Shown piece after piece: positions 29,214 through 40,845 of a stretch of DNA of 64,000 bases. Numbering within the stretch: the first letter of the stretch is position 1; each line of letters starts with the position of its first letter. The notes below the pieces were generated by a model that saw nothing but the letters and a program-made list of their open reading frames with translations, was not told where the DNA came from and ran no database searches. Origin of the DNA: an uncultured bacterium. Lineage in GTDB: Bacteria; Zhuqueibacterota; QNDG01; DTFT01. The stretch is taken from positions 32,001-96,000 of the forward strand of contig CAVTNR010000008.1 in NCBI GenBank assembly GCA_963736115.1. The letters are read 5' to 3'. The translations under genes were made by a program, and so were the position numbers.

Positions 29214-30759
29214 GGCGTCGGCCCCCCGGTCCACGCGGACCACGCGTCCGTTCCGGACGGAGCGCCTGTCACGATCGCGGCCGCGGCGGACAGGCCCTGC
29301 CTGAGGGGGCCGGGCATCCACAGGCCCAGGCCGGTGAGCAGGATCAGCATCACGGCGACGAGTATGGTTTCAACCGCCGCGGGCCGGGACGATCCGTGTT
29401 CTGAAACGGACCGCGGGCTCGCCTCCCCCCAGGCCATGCCGATGGCGTGATGCAGGGCGCCAATGAACACCACGGCGAGGCCGGACAGGAAGAGGACAAC
29501 GATCCAGGCCGGGGCCGCGGCCATGGCCGCTTTGAGAATCTGGAACTCGCTCATGAACAGCGCGAAGGGCACCGCGCCCGCGAGGCCCAGAACGGCCAGC
29601 AGGAGGCCCGATCCCCAGAGCGGCCCGCGTTTCAGGGAGCCGCCGAGCGCTTTCATCTCGTAACTGCCGGCATCCTGTCCGAGGCGGCCCGCGGAGAAGA
29701 AGGCCAGCGATTTGGCGATGGAATGGCCGAGCGTGTGGAACAGCGCGGCCGCGGCCCCGGCGCCGCCGATTCCGACTCCGAAGGCGACGACGCCCATGTG
29801 CTCGAGGCTCGAGTAGGCGAGGAAGCGCTTGACGTTTTTCTGGAACGGGATGAAGGCGGCCGCGACGCAGAATCGAGAGAAGGCCGAATCCCGCGAGCAG
29901 GTGCGCCGCCCAGCCGACGCGGCCGGTGGCGGCCTCGACGAGCGGCAGAATCCGCATCAGGCAGTACATGGCCGCGCTGAGCATGAATCCCGGAGAACAG
30001 CGCGGAAACCGGCGCCGGCGCCTGGCTGTGCGCGTCCGGCAGCCAGTTGTGCATGGGCGCGAGCCCGGCCTTGGTGCCGTAGCCGACGAGCAGAAAGAGA
30101 AAGCCCGCCTTGACCGGGCAGCGCGTCCATGGCCGAGGCGTTTTCGGACAGCTTCGTCCAGAGGAGCATCTCCATCGGCTCCAGGCCCAGGCGCTTGGCC
30201 GAGGAGGCCACCAGCAGGGTGCCCATGAACGCGAACGCCACGCCCACGGAGCAGACCATGAGATACTTCCACATGGCCTCGAGGGATTCGGGCGTCACGT
30301 GCACGCAGATCAGAAAGGCCGTGAGCAGAGTGGTGGCCTCGATGCCGACCCACATGACGCCGATGTTGTTCGAGAGCAGGACCAGGCTGAGCGCGGCGAG
30401 CGCGCCGCACCACAGGCCGCCGAATTGCCGGGCCCTGCCCCGGTCGAAGCCGTGCAGGGATTCCTCGACCTGAAATAGGACCGGCTGTAGACCGACGCGA
30501 ACAGCGCCACGGCCGACATGACGGCGAGGTGAAAGGCGGACAGGGCGTCGAGGAACAGCCATCCGGACGCGGCGAACAGCCGGCCGCCGGAGGCCGTGCC
30601 CCACACGAGGACGGCGGCGATCGCAGCATCCGCGACCGCCACGGCGAGCACCGTGCGGAAAATCCACTTTCCCGAGGGCATCAGGCGGCAGGCCAGACCC
30701 GCGGCCGCGGGAAGGAGAATCGGGAACCAGAGCAGGAGCGCGAAGGGCTGCACGTTCAT
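29210..30759 (-). CDS. hyfF: HyfF-like proton-translocating membrane subunit (frameshifted)
   Basis: [43 protein letters not shown]. Confidence 0.85.
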
Positions 30760-31406
30760 CCTTTCAGCGCGTTGAGCCGATCCGCGTCCAGGTGATCGAA
30801 CTCGCGGTTGATGTGGTACATGGCGATGCCCATGACGAACACGGCCACGAATGCGTCGAGCAGGATGCCCAGCTCCACGAGCGCCGGAATCTCGCCCACG
30901 GACGCGACGCCGAACGCGAATATCCCGTTCTCGAACACGATGTAGCCGAGCGTCTGGGTGAGCGCCTTCTTGCGGGCGGCCACCAGGAAGAGCCCGGTCA
31001 GCAAAGTCATCAGGGAGGCGGACACAATGAGCCGGCTCCCGGCTTCGGCCGCGCCGGTCAGCGGAAGCCGGCCGCCGATCCAGACCGACGCGCCGAACAG
31101 GGCGATTCCGACCAGCACCGACGGGATGGGCCCGACATAGGGCTCGATCTCGCGCTGGACGCCCGCGTCGCTCACCGCCCGGCGCAGGAGCAGGGGATAC
31201 ACCACGCCCTTGAGCAGGCCGCTCACAGCCGCGAGAATCCACACGCGGGGCGTGAGGCCGCCCCAGTTCACGGCCACGGAAAAGAGCCCCAACAGGACGC
31301 CCTGGAAGGCGACGATCCGTATGCAGGTCGACAGCAGACCGATGCCGAGCAGGGCCATGTCGGAGAGCACCAGGGCCATCAGGCCCAGTTCAATCGCTTC
31401 TTTCAC
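30756..31406 (-). CDS. hyfE: HyfE-like membrane subunit
   Basis: Q..GY..FENGI, ELGILLD, INREFD..D..RL..LKG. Confidence 0.9.
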   Translation of the reverse strand: MKEAIELGLMALVLSDMALLGIGLLSTCIRIVAFQGVLLGLFSVAVNWGGLTPRVWILAAVSGLLKGVVYPLLLRRAVSDAGVQREIEPYVGPIPSVLVGIALFGASVWIGGRLPLTGAAEAGSRLIVSASLMTLLTGLFLVAARKKALTQTLGYIVFENGIFAFGVASVGEIPALVELGILLDAFVAVFVMGIAMYHINREFDHLDADRLNALKG

Positions 31407-31409
31407 GCG

Positions 31410-32314
31410 TCACCCCAGTGAAAAGATCAGAGCCAGAGCGGACAGAGCCGCGGCCGCGGCCAGCAGCTGCGGCACCCGGACGAGCCGGAGCCGCGCGGTC
31501 ACGGATTCGACGATGCCGACGGCAACGGCCAGGACGGCCATGGCGGCCAGGCCCGCGGCCGTGTTCGCGGTCCAGGCCCAGTCCGGCCGCACCGGCAGGA
31601 ACAGGTTGACGATCAGCGAGCCCAGGCACCAGAATTTCACGGCCGCACCGGCCTGGATGAGGGCGAAGTCCGGGCCGCCGTGGTCGAGCACCATGACCTC
31701 GTGAATCATGGTCAGTTCGAGGTGGGTGTTCGGATCGTCGAACGGAATCCGCGAGTTTTCGCAGAGAAAGGCGATGAACAGGGCCACGGCCACGAGCGCG
31801 GTTTCCGGACGCTCCAGAGAGGCCGCGTTCAGAATGCCCGACAGGGAGAGCGCGCCGCTCTCGCGCGCGAGCGCGAGAAAGCCGAGCATCATCACCGGTT
31901 CGGTCAGGGCGGAGAAGAAAACTTCGCGGCTCGCGCCCATGCCCTCGAAGCTCGACCCGGTGTCGAGCGCGGCGAGCACGGTCAGGCCGCGCATGAGGCC
32001 GAACAGGCCGAGAAAGAGAATCGGGTCGCCGGGGAACGAGACCGCCGCGGGCCTGCCGCCGAAAGGCGCCAGGGTCAGAGCGGTCACCGCGGCCGCGGCC
32101 CCGATCACGGGTCCGGCGCGGAAAATCCAGGTGGTGGTCCGGGAGATAAACGGCGCCCTTGGCCAGGCCCTTGGCGATGTCGTAATAGACCTGGAGCAGG
32201 GGCTGGCCCCTGCGGCCCGCGAAGAACGCCTTGGTCCGGTTGACGATGCCCGCCAGCAGGGGGGACAGGACGAGGCCGATTGCGAATTGAATCCAGGGAA
32301 CGCCAGTTCTGCAT
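31410..32314 (-). CDS. hyfC: HyfC/HycD (NuoH-like) membrane subunit (frameshifted in 5' part)
   Basis: LAALDTGSSFEGMGASRE, ENSRIPFDDPNTHLELTMIHEVM. Confidence 0.85.
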
Positions 32315-32319
32315 GGCCG

Positions 32320-34323
32320 TCACCTCAGCATCCAGAGGAGAAGGGCCAGCAGTGTCAGCACCATGTAGGCGACGTACACCTGCAGGCGGCCTTCCTGTAT
32401 GGACCGTATCCGGGAGAACAGACGGGACACACCCGCGAGCAGGGGCCGGTACAGTCTCTCGCGGCTCATGTCCGGCGTCTCGGTTTCGAACCTGCGGCCC
32501 GCGGGAAAATAGCCCTCGGGCGGACGCACGTTCTTGCGCGTGCCGAGGAGAAAGCCGAACAGCTCGGTCGCGGGCTGGACGAACGAGGAGCCGGTGTACT
32601 GCATGCGGGCCGTGGCGGGTTCGTATCCGCAGCCCCAGGTGACGGATTTCCGGGCCGCAGGCCGGCCGCGGCGCAGGCGCAGAAGCGCGATGCCGCCGGC
32701 CGCGAGAACCAGAAAGCCGGAAACCGCCGCGATTTTCCATAGCCATTCTGAAATATCCGCTGTTTCCGTCAGAGGCACGGGGCCGAAGACCGCAGCCGCG
32801 GCCGGAATCACGGTACTGAACAGGGCGGCCCAGGCCAGGCCGCCCAGGACGCAGAATGCGGCCGGAATCGCCATGGGAACCGTCATCGAAGCCGGGGATT
32901 CAGTAGCGTCCGCGCCCGCGTCCGAGCGCGGCGAGCCGAGAAAGGAGACGCCGAAGGCTTTAATATAAACAATCAGGGAGAGCCCGAAGACGAGCGCGAG
33001 AACCGAGGCCGCGCCTGCCATGGAAACGGCCGTGGACGGGTCCGCTTCGGTCACACCCCGCCACAGTCCGGACAGCAGGAGGAATTCCCCGAAGAACCCG
33101 TTGAAAGGAGGCAGTCCGGAGGCGGCGAGGGATCCGGCGAGAAAGAACGCGGCCGTGAGCGGCATGCGGCGCGACAGGCCGCCGAGCCGATCCATCTCGC
33201 GCGTGGCCGCGGCCTTGACCGCGGATCCGGCCGCGAGAAACAGCGTTCCCTTGAATGCCGCGTGATTGACCGTGTGCACGAGCGCGGCCGCGAAACCGAG
33301 AAACGCCACGGACTGGAGGCCGGCGGCCCGGCCCACGGTCGCGACGCCGAGCGCCAGGCAGACGATGCCGACGTTCTCGATGCTGGAATAGGCGAGCAGG
33401 CGCTTGAGGTCGCGCTGGGCCAGGGCGAAGAGCACGCCGGTCAGCGCGGACACGGCGCCGACCGCGATCAGCGTCCATCCCCACCAGGCGTCCGGAACGC
33501 CGAGAAAACCGAGGGTCCGGATCAGCCCGTACAGCCCGGTCTTGATCATCACGCCGGACATCAGCGCGGAAACGTGGCTCGGCGCGGCAGGATGCGCGTC
33601 GGGCAGCCAGACGTGCAGGGGGACGAATCCCGCCTTGGCGCCGAAACCGATCAAGGCCAGGACAAAGGCGGCGGACGCGGCCGGACCCGCCAGACTGCCG
33701 CTGAACGCGGCGAAATCCGCCGTGCCCGCGGCGTTCGCGAAGGACAGGAACATCGGGATGAGAAAGGCGGTTCCGACGTGCGCGGCGACGAGATAGATGA
33801 ACGCGGCCCTGCGCACGCCTTCCTCCCGTGGTCGAAGGCGACCAGAAAGAAGGACGACAGCGCCATGGTCTCCCAGGCCAGCAGGAAGAAGAGGGCGTTG
33901 TCCGCGAGACAGACGCCGATCATGCCGCAGACCAGGGCGTTGAAGGGGAGCCAGGAGCGGCCCGCGCTGGCCGGGGTCATGGCCGCCGAGATAGTCCGGG
34001 CCGTACCAGGCGGACAATGCGCTGAGGACGACGATCGGGACGAGGAAAAACGCGGCGAGCGGATCCAGGTGAAAGGCGAAAGAACCGAACGGCATCGGCC
34101 ACGGCCAGGCCTTCCGGATCGGCGCCAGACCGGCGAGCACGCGGCAGGCCGGAATCAGCACCAGGACGGCCGCGATCACGACGCCCGCGGGACCGACGCG
34201 GCGGCCGAAGCCGCTGTCAGCGCGGAACAGCCGGGGCGCGATTCCGGAGGCCAGGAGAACGGCGAATGCGGCCAGAACGGGAATCATGCCGGTCCCCGAA
34301 ACGTCCATCCGTTCACGCGGCAT
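32320..34323 (-). CDS. hyfB: HyfB-like proton-translocating subunit (internal compensating frameshifts)
   Basis: KAGFVPLHVWLPDAHPAAPSHVSALMSGVMIK, KRLLAYSSIEN, NHAAFKG, WGCGY...TARMQYT. Confidence 0.9.
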   Translation of the reverse strand: MPRERMDVSGTGMIPVLAAFAVLLASGIAPRLFRADSGFGRRVGPAGVVIAAVLVLIPACRVLAGLAPIRKAWPWPMPFGSFAFHLDPLAAFFLVPIVVLSALSAWYGPDYLGGHDPGQRGPLLAPLQRPGLRHDRRLSRGQRPLLPAGLGDHGAVVLLSGRLRPREEGVRRAAFIYLVAAHVGTAFLIPMFLSFANAAGTADFAAFSGSLAGPAASAAFVLALIGFGAKAGFVPLHVWLPDAHPAAPSHVSALMSGVMIKTGLYGLIRTLGFLGVPDAWWGWTLIAVGAVSALTGVLFALAQRDLKRLLAYSSIENVGIVCLALGVATVGRAAGLQSVAFLGFAAALVHTVNHAAFKGTLFLAAGSAVKAAATREMDRLGGLSRRMPLTAAFFLAGSLAASGLPPFNGFFGEFLLLSGLWRGVTEADPSTAVSMAGAASVLALVFGLSLIVYIKAFGVSFLGSPRSDAGADATESPASMTVPMAIPAAFCVLGGLAWAALFSTVIPAAAAVFGPVPLTETADISEWLWKIAAVSGFLVLAAGGIALLRLRRGRPAARKSVTWGCGYEPATARMQYTGSSFVQPATELFGFLLGTRKNVRPPEGYFPAGRRFETETPDMSRERLYRPLLAGVSRLFSRIRSIQEGRLQVYVAYMVLTLLALLLWMLR

Positions 34324-35014
34324 CCTCCCCGTCCAGGGACGCGGGAAAGGCCTTTTCGAGTTTTTCCACTTCGGCCAGAATCGCGGCCTCGGACGGCCTT
34401 TCGCGGAGCATTTTTTTCATCTCCGGCTGATGCAGCAGAAAGGCGAGACGCGACAGGAGCCGGATGTGCTTCCGCACGGTCGGGCTGAGCAGAATGAAGA
34501 TGACGCTCACGGGCTTCTGGTCGATCGCGCTGAAATCGACCGGCTTTTTCAGAAAGACCAGGGCGATTTCGGGCCTGTCCACGGGCAGAACGATGGGCGT
34601 CCGCGGGTGGGGGATGGCGACGCCGTTCCCCATGGCCGTGGACCCGAGCGTCTCGCGCGCCAGCAGCATGCGGAACAGAAAATCCCGGTCCACGCCCTCC
34701 GGAAGCCGGATGCGCCGGACAGCCTCGGCCATGGCCGTTTCCATCGAATTGCCCGGCACGTCGTAGAAAATGCCGCCTGTCCGCAGGGCGCTGGCGACGG
34801 TCAGCCGGTCCCCGCCGGACGCGTTCCGGTCCGCGGCGAATTCCGGGGACACCGGCACGCCCGCGGCCGTGGCCCATTCCAGCAGTTCAGTCCGGTTGAA
34901 GCGCAGGCGGCCCTGGACGCGCATCGCCGGCAGTCCGCTCCCCTCAATCCATTTGCGGATTTTGGACTCCGTGACATTCAGCAGACGCGAGGCGTCTTTC
35001 AGATTCAGTTCCAT
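34313..35014 (-). CDS. Excisionase-type HTH + PTS EIIA (PtsN-like) regulator
   Basis: N-terminal HTH (V.E..I.KW..LPA..V....RFNR.ELLEW) + RE.LGSTAMG.GVAIPHPR phospho-His motif. Confidence 0.9.
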   Translation of the reverse strand: MELNLKDASRLLNVTESKIRKWIEGSGLPAMRVQGRLRFNRTELLEWATAAGVPVSPEFAADRNASGGDRLTVASALRTGGIFYDVPGNSMETAMAEAVRRIRLPEGVDRDFLFRMLLARETLGSTAMGNGVAIPHPRTPIVLPVDRPEIALVFLKKPVDFSAIDQKPVSVIFILLSPTVRKHIRLLSRLAFLLHQPEMKKMLRERPSEAAILAEVEKLEKAFPASLDGEDAA

Positions 35015-35398
35015 TCACGCATTCCATTGTTGACTGTTTTTTTTGTCCGCATGTACGGACGCTCCGATGCCATGCAGTCGCCGCCGCTCATAGAACGGCG
35101 GGATCCGGCCGGTTTCATCAGAAGATGCCGTTCCGAGGGATGGGTCGGGATGGCCCATACAGAGGGCCGCGGCTGCCGGTCGATAAAATAAGGAGGGGGC
35201 GTTCAGCGTCCCCTGAAGGGACGCCGCTGCATGCGTTGAAACACTCCATCGAGGTTCAAGCTCAAGAATAATGCCCCCGGAGACCGAACCGGGGGCGCCA
35301 TCCGTCTTCTCTATATGCACATTCCTCCGGTTCGTCGGGACCGACGATCCGACGGTCCGGGGAATCATCCGCAAAATGGGACCTTCAAAAGCCCGCGG

Positions 35399-35899
35399 TT
35401 AAAGGCCGGTCGCCGGGCCGCCTTCCGGCCAGTCTTCCTTGAGTCCGTTCATGCGGTCCGTCAGGTCCGCAAGCTCGTCGCGCAGGCTCTGAATTTCCCG
35501 GTCCGCGTCCTCCCGGTTCATGTACCCCGCGGATTCGCGCCGTAAAGCCTCCACTTCGACGTGCATCTGATCGACATTGGCCGTGTTGTTCTCGAGCTGA
35601 TCGGCCAGCGCGTCGATTTTCCTTTCCGTCGAATCGATGCGTTTCTCGATCATGTCGATGCGGCGGTCCAATTGCATCCACTCGTCTTTCCCGATCCCCC
35701 CGGCCGCGTCCCGGGCGGGCATCAATCCCGCCAGTTCCTCCCGGGTCACGTAATTGGTAAGTGTTTTTTTTGGAACCCGCTGAAGGACTTTCTCTTTCGT
35801 GGCGTATTCCACCTTGGCTGTCTTCGGCTTTGCGGCTTTTTTCACCTGCTTTTTCGCCTTGGGCCGGACAGCCGGTTTCTTCTTTGCGGCTTTAGCCAT
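35399..35899 (-). CDS. Hypothetical protein: Lys/Ala-rich N-terminus + coiled coil
   Basis: MAKAAKKKPAVRPKAKKQVKKAAKPK then heptad repeats; own TTGACT-N17-TATTTT promoter at 35948-35976. Confidence 0.7.
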   Translation of the reverse strand: MAKAAKKKPAVRPKAKKQVKKAAKPKTAKVEYATKEKVLQRVPKKTLTNYVTREELAGLMPARDAAGGIGKDEWMQLDRRIDMIEKRIDSTERKIDALADQLENNTANVDQMHVEVEALRRESAGYMNREDADREIQSLRDELADLTDRMNGLKEDWPEGGPATGL

Positions 35900-36198
35900 G
35901 AGTCGATCCCCCCGAAAATGGGTTGTTGGGTTGGAGAGGTTATTTCAAAAATAATGGAATTTTCGGAAAAAGTCAACAAGCTTTTTTCTAATCCTGCAAT
36001 TTTCATATGGTTTCAGCCGGGCGGGATGGAGCAGGTTACACGCCGGCGGGACTGCACGACGAGAAACGAGCGTATTATAACTGAAAATACTGAAATTGCA
36101 TATAACGATAAGACCTGAAAGGTCTTTCAGACCATTCAGGTCTTTTCGAAAATTTCAAGTCTTTTGGACACACCCGGGGTCAAATTTGGAAATCGACA

Positions 36199-38417
36199 TT
36201 ACTTCATTAAAATCATTTTCTTGGATAATGTTCTGCCTTTCGAATGAAGGCGGCATACGTAGACTCCGGACTGTAGTTCTTCCCCTGCATCACTTAATCC
36301 GTTCCATGTCCTGGCATGAAACCCTGCCGGCAGATCTACTGCGGACCAAAGTCCTCACCCGGCGTCCAAACGCGTTGAAAACCGTGACTTCGACAGGTCC
36401 GGCAGAAGCCAGGCTGAATCGGACGACGGTTGAGGAATTAAAGGGATTCGGGTAATTGGCGTATAATCCGAAGGATTCCGGCTCAAGTCCGGGAATGCCT
36501 GAATCCGGAAGAGAAGGATGCGATCTCCTCATCCATCCATTCGAACCGGGCCGCCAGCCAGTACTTCAGGTAATTCACTTCGTCGCTGTATGTGTGGAAG
36601 GATTCAAAAATTCTTGGAACCGGCCAGAATCCCTCTCCGCGCTCTCCGGGCCCGGGCCACATCCCGAAATTCCGGGCCTGGGCTTCGGTCAGCGTGTCCG
36701 CCATGGCGTCGACCAGCGCGAGCACGTTTTCCGTGGAGAGAACGGTTTTTCTCAGGGACTGCCAGCGGACGCGGATGCGGCTCCGAAAAGCCGGGTCCTC
36801 CAGCAGTTTTTTCCAGAAGAAGGGCGGCGGGCTGCCGTCCGCCATGGCCTGCGGATGAGAAGTCAGATTGTCTATCTGCCAGTCCCCGGGGCCTTCCGCT
36901 CCGTAATAATCCGCGTTGCCGATGCCCAGATCCGCGTCCCACACCGGGCCCGCGGCCAGCCTGCCGCCGCGGCTGTCCCTCTCCTTGGAAAAGAACGCGC
37001 TGAGCCTGTAGCCGTCCACGTTCTTGCCGATTTCGTTGAGAATGAAGTGGTCGGTGAATGCGTCCGCGTCGATGAAGCGGCCGTAACCGTTCACCGGGTC
37101 GGCCGCGTCCGGGCCGTTCATCATCGTTTCGAAATCGCGGATGAAGCCGCTGATGTAGGTTTTCTGCTCCGGACGGATGGCGTCGTCCGCGGGGTCGTGG
37201 TACTGATAGGAAATGCGCTGGAAGGCGCCCGGCCACGGCGGAACCGCGGACATGAAAAAATCATTTCCGGTTTTGTCGATCTTCACGATGTATCCGCCGG
37301 TGAGCGCGTCTCCTGAAATATCGTCCGCGTTCAATTCAGCGACTGCCACGCGGTTCCGGTCCCGCTTGATTTTTTCCATCAGCACGTACACGCCCCGGGG
37401 CCGGCCGTTCAGAACCAGCTCGCAGAACCGCGTGCGGCTGGCGTACCGGCCCATGCGGATGGAAAGCCGATACAGGAGCGCGTTCCGCATCAGGGAGCGG
37501 TCCACGTACGGGCCGTAGAGAACCCAGTCGTTCTCCCGTGGGAATCCGAGCAGGGGCACGTTCCGGCTCGTTCCGTCCGTGTTCCGGATCTCGAGATTGT
37601 AGGATTTTTTCGGATACCCGGCCGAGCTCTGGCCGCGGATCTCCATGCCCGCGGGCCCGGAATACGCGTTCGGCGGATCCGTGGACATGTTCCGTTCTCC
37701 CGGGCCGTGGTCGATGACGGACAGATCCACGGTCGTGCGCTGTTCCGGGCTCAGCACGCGGCCGCGGGTCCGGACGCAGACCAGGGGCAGGTTCGAGGAC
37801 ACCGGGGGAGGAAGCGTCGTGTCCAGTTCAAGGGAAACCCAGAGCAGGAAGTCCGGATCGCCCGGCGCCGCGTTGAAGCCCTGCAGGGCCAGGAGGTTCG
37901 TTCCGACGGCCAGATCCGGGACCACTGAGGTGATGTCGAATACGCGCGGTTCCGCGCTGGCCTCGTGGCCGGCCGTCGCCCTGGAGTTGAACCGGGCGTT
38001 CGGCGGCGCGTTCGCGTCCGCGATTCTCCGTCCGTTGATGAAGGCAATGAAACCGTCGTCGTAACGGATCTTGAGCGTCAGCGACTGCGACGCGGCGACC
38101 ATGGCCTCAGTGACGGTAAAGAGGGCGCGCATCATCGCAGTCCGGTCCGCGCCGAGCGCATCCGTTTTCATCGCGGCCCCGAGGTCCAGCCCGATCCACG
38201 GTCCATAGAGGCCGGAGTCGTCGTAACCCGCGCCCCCCAAAGCGGCCGTCCACGCGGCGTCGTCGAAAGCCGCATTCTGGCGCCACGCGGAATTCACGGT
38301 CGTGAGCGGCACGAGAATCCGTTTCGGGCCGTCTCCGGGGACGAGCGGAACGATTTGCGACCGTCCCGCGGAACCGAACAGGAGAAAGAGAGAGACGGTT
38401 CCGATAAGAATCCGCAT
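36199..38417 (-). CDS. CotH kinase-family protein with T9SS-type C-terminal sorting domain (two frameshifts in the CTD)
   Basis: IRGQSS..YPKKSY, DWVL, DRSLMRN, G.YVLMEKIKRD, GPVWDAD; CTD NYPNPFN...WNG..DAG..L.SGVY...KKMILMK. Confidence 0.85.
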
Positions 38418-38512
38418 GCACACTCCAGGGCTTGAGATCCGCCGCCGGCGCATCGGGGCGGGAACGCGGTCGAAGCTTCGTCCTCCGGCCGCTGGGGCGG
38501 TCAGTCGATCGG

Positions 38513-38581
38513 GCTGTCAGAAGCCCGCTTACCGTCTAAAATAGAATACCTGCAATTTGGTGAATGCGGGCTTCTGACAGC
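38513..38581. repeat. MITE-like element with 16-bp perfect inverted repeats
   Basis: gctgtcagaagcccgc ... gcgggcttctgacagc. Confidence 0.6.
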
Positions 38582-38751
38582 TCCGACGGGTCTGTTCCCC
38601 CGGCTTCGCCGGACCAAGCAATGAGATTTGTTCATTATTGAAGGCCCGCCTTTTATCTTCAATAATTCAAAAATATAATCGCTTGATCCCGCGAAGCGGG
38701 GCGGTGCCCTTCATCCCATTTTCCTTTAATCCCCAGCTTCTTACGGCAGAG

Positions 38752-40694
38752 TCATCTAGTCCGAACGATTTTTCGGGTCCGGACCGAACGGTCCGTTTTC
38801 AGGACGAGCAGGTACACGCCGGCCGGGAGGTCTCCGGCCGTGAACGAAACACTGCGGCCGCCTTCGGCCGCGGATCCGGAACGGAGCGTGCGGACCCTGC
38901 GACCCAGACAGTCGTACAGGATCAGCGAGACGGTGCCCGCTTCCGGGAGCGTCCAGGCGACCGATGCGGAGCCGGAACGGGATTTGGGTGGATGTCCATT
39001 CCCGGTTCCGCCGTCGATCCGGTCCCGCGGTGCGCGGACGGACGAGGCCGTGTCAGGCGCCGGCCAGGTTCTTCCCGTCCAGGTCCCAGGCTCCGTTCGG
39101 CGCGGGAGTCCCATGTGGCAGTAGCGCGATGACGGCCAGGTCCGCGGTCTTAGCGGCCTCGGATGCGTCGAAATCAAGCGTGCCGCACCGTGTCGTTCAC
39201 GGCGATCCAGGCAGCGCCGGACCCGGAGAGGGCGCCGTCCGCGGCATGCGGCCCTGAATCCCGCGCCACGGTCCCGGATCCGTCGTTCATGCGCCAGGCC
39301 GCGGCCAGGGCAGCGGAGAAGGGATGGGCGTCATCATCCGGCCCAAGTTACCTCCGGTTTCCACCGGCCGATACATCCACTCCCGCAGAACCGAATCCGG
39401 CAGGGCCGCGGACCAGACCCTCACCTCGCTGACTGTCGACGGCCGCGAAATCCGGACGGCCGGCCGCGGCGTCCTGTCCGATCGCGATTCCGGCTGTTCC
39501 GTCCACGCTTCCCACCGCGGACCAGTCCGCGGCCGCGGTGCGGATTCCGTCCTGCATCAGGACGAGGCGGCCGCCCCGGTCGAAAACCGCGGCGATGTGG
39601 TGCCAGCGTCCGTCCGCGATCACGGGCCCGGAGACATTCGTCCGGACGGAGCCGTCCGCCGCGTTCACCCGCCATTTGCCCTCGTCGATGAGGTCGATGG
39701 AGAATCCCCGGTTGCGGTCGGACGATCCGTCCTTGTTGGAAATCAGAACCGGCCGGCCCGACCACCCGTTCGTGCGCACGCAGCATTCGATCGTGAAACC
39801 GGCGTCCGCGCCGAAACGGAACGCGGGCCGGTCCGGCGCGGAGACAAAGCCGCTCCGGCCGTCCAGCCGTATCGCATATTCCGGAACTCGCAGGCTGTCC
39901 GTCTCCCAGCGGTGCGGGTTCTCCCGCGGCCGTGTGCCGCCGCCGGAGACGATGAAGAAGGTCCGCATCTCCTCGAGCGTGGACCCGCCGTGATGCGTGC
40001 CGAGCCCCCCGTGGTCCGTGAGCGCGATGACCATCCAGTCCTCATCCGCGTATCCCGGCCTGGAACGCATCGCGGCCAGCACTTCGCCGACACGGCCGTC
40101 CGCGGTTTCGATGGCGTTCCGGTAAGCCATGTTGTCCGGATCGAATCCGGACGCGTGGCCTTCGGCGTCGATGGCGCCGAGTTGGACGAAGAGAGCGGCG
40201 GGATCCCCGTGGACCAGCAGGTCCACCGCGCGGTCGACCGTTCGTTCATCGGACCAGTCCCCGGCAGAGACATCCGCGCCGTGGGGCATGGCGGTGTTCA
40301 GGTCCGGCCAGTAGACGAACCATCCGGACGAAAAATCCGGATGCGCGTCCTTCAGCCTCCGGAACAGCATGGGAAAGAGATCGAACCGGCTGTTTGAGAA
40401 GGTGTTGTCCGTGACCCCGTGTTTGCCGTTCCAGACTCCGGTGAACACGGAGGACCAGCAGGGGCCGCTTTTTGTCGGCGGCCGGGAGAGGGCCCACCAG
40501 GAGAAGGCGCTCCCTTCGGCCAGGCCGGACAGATGAGGCGTAGAGCATAACAGCAGGGCGTCGGGTCTGCACCCGTCCACGCCGAGGATGAGCAGGCGGG
40601 ACGCGGCCGCGGGCGCCGGCGACAGTGCGGCGGCAAGCAGAACGACCGCCACGCCGCGAATGCAGGCGGATCCGATTTTTCTGAACCGGTTCAT
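38752..40694 (-). CDS. Alkaline phosphatase/nucleotide pyrophosphatase superfamily + LamG + T9SS CTD (frameshifted in 3' third)
   Basis: GVDGCRPD, SGPCWSS..TG, D.EGH, TDHGG; LamG DGRWHHIA; CTD LYDCLGRRV...LPAGVYLL. Confidence 0.8.
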
Positions 40695-40700
40695 GCGTAC

Positions 40701-40729
40701 AAGATACGAACGGGACGGAACCGAATCAA
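40701..40729 (-). promoter_or_regulatory. sigma70 promoter, probably leaderless transcript
   Basis: TTGATT-N17-TATCTT ending 6 nt before ATG 40694. Confidence 0.55.
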
Positions 40730-40845
40730 GGAGGATCTGGCGAGCCGAAATGATTTTTCGCTTGTTTCGGTGCATAGAGTCACTTATTTTATACAAGTTC
40801 CGAGGGCATTCCGCGGTTCACCCAGGATGAGGCTTCCATCCGGCC

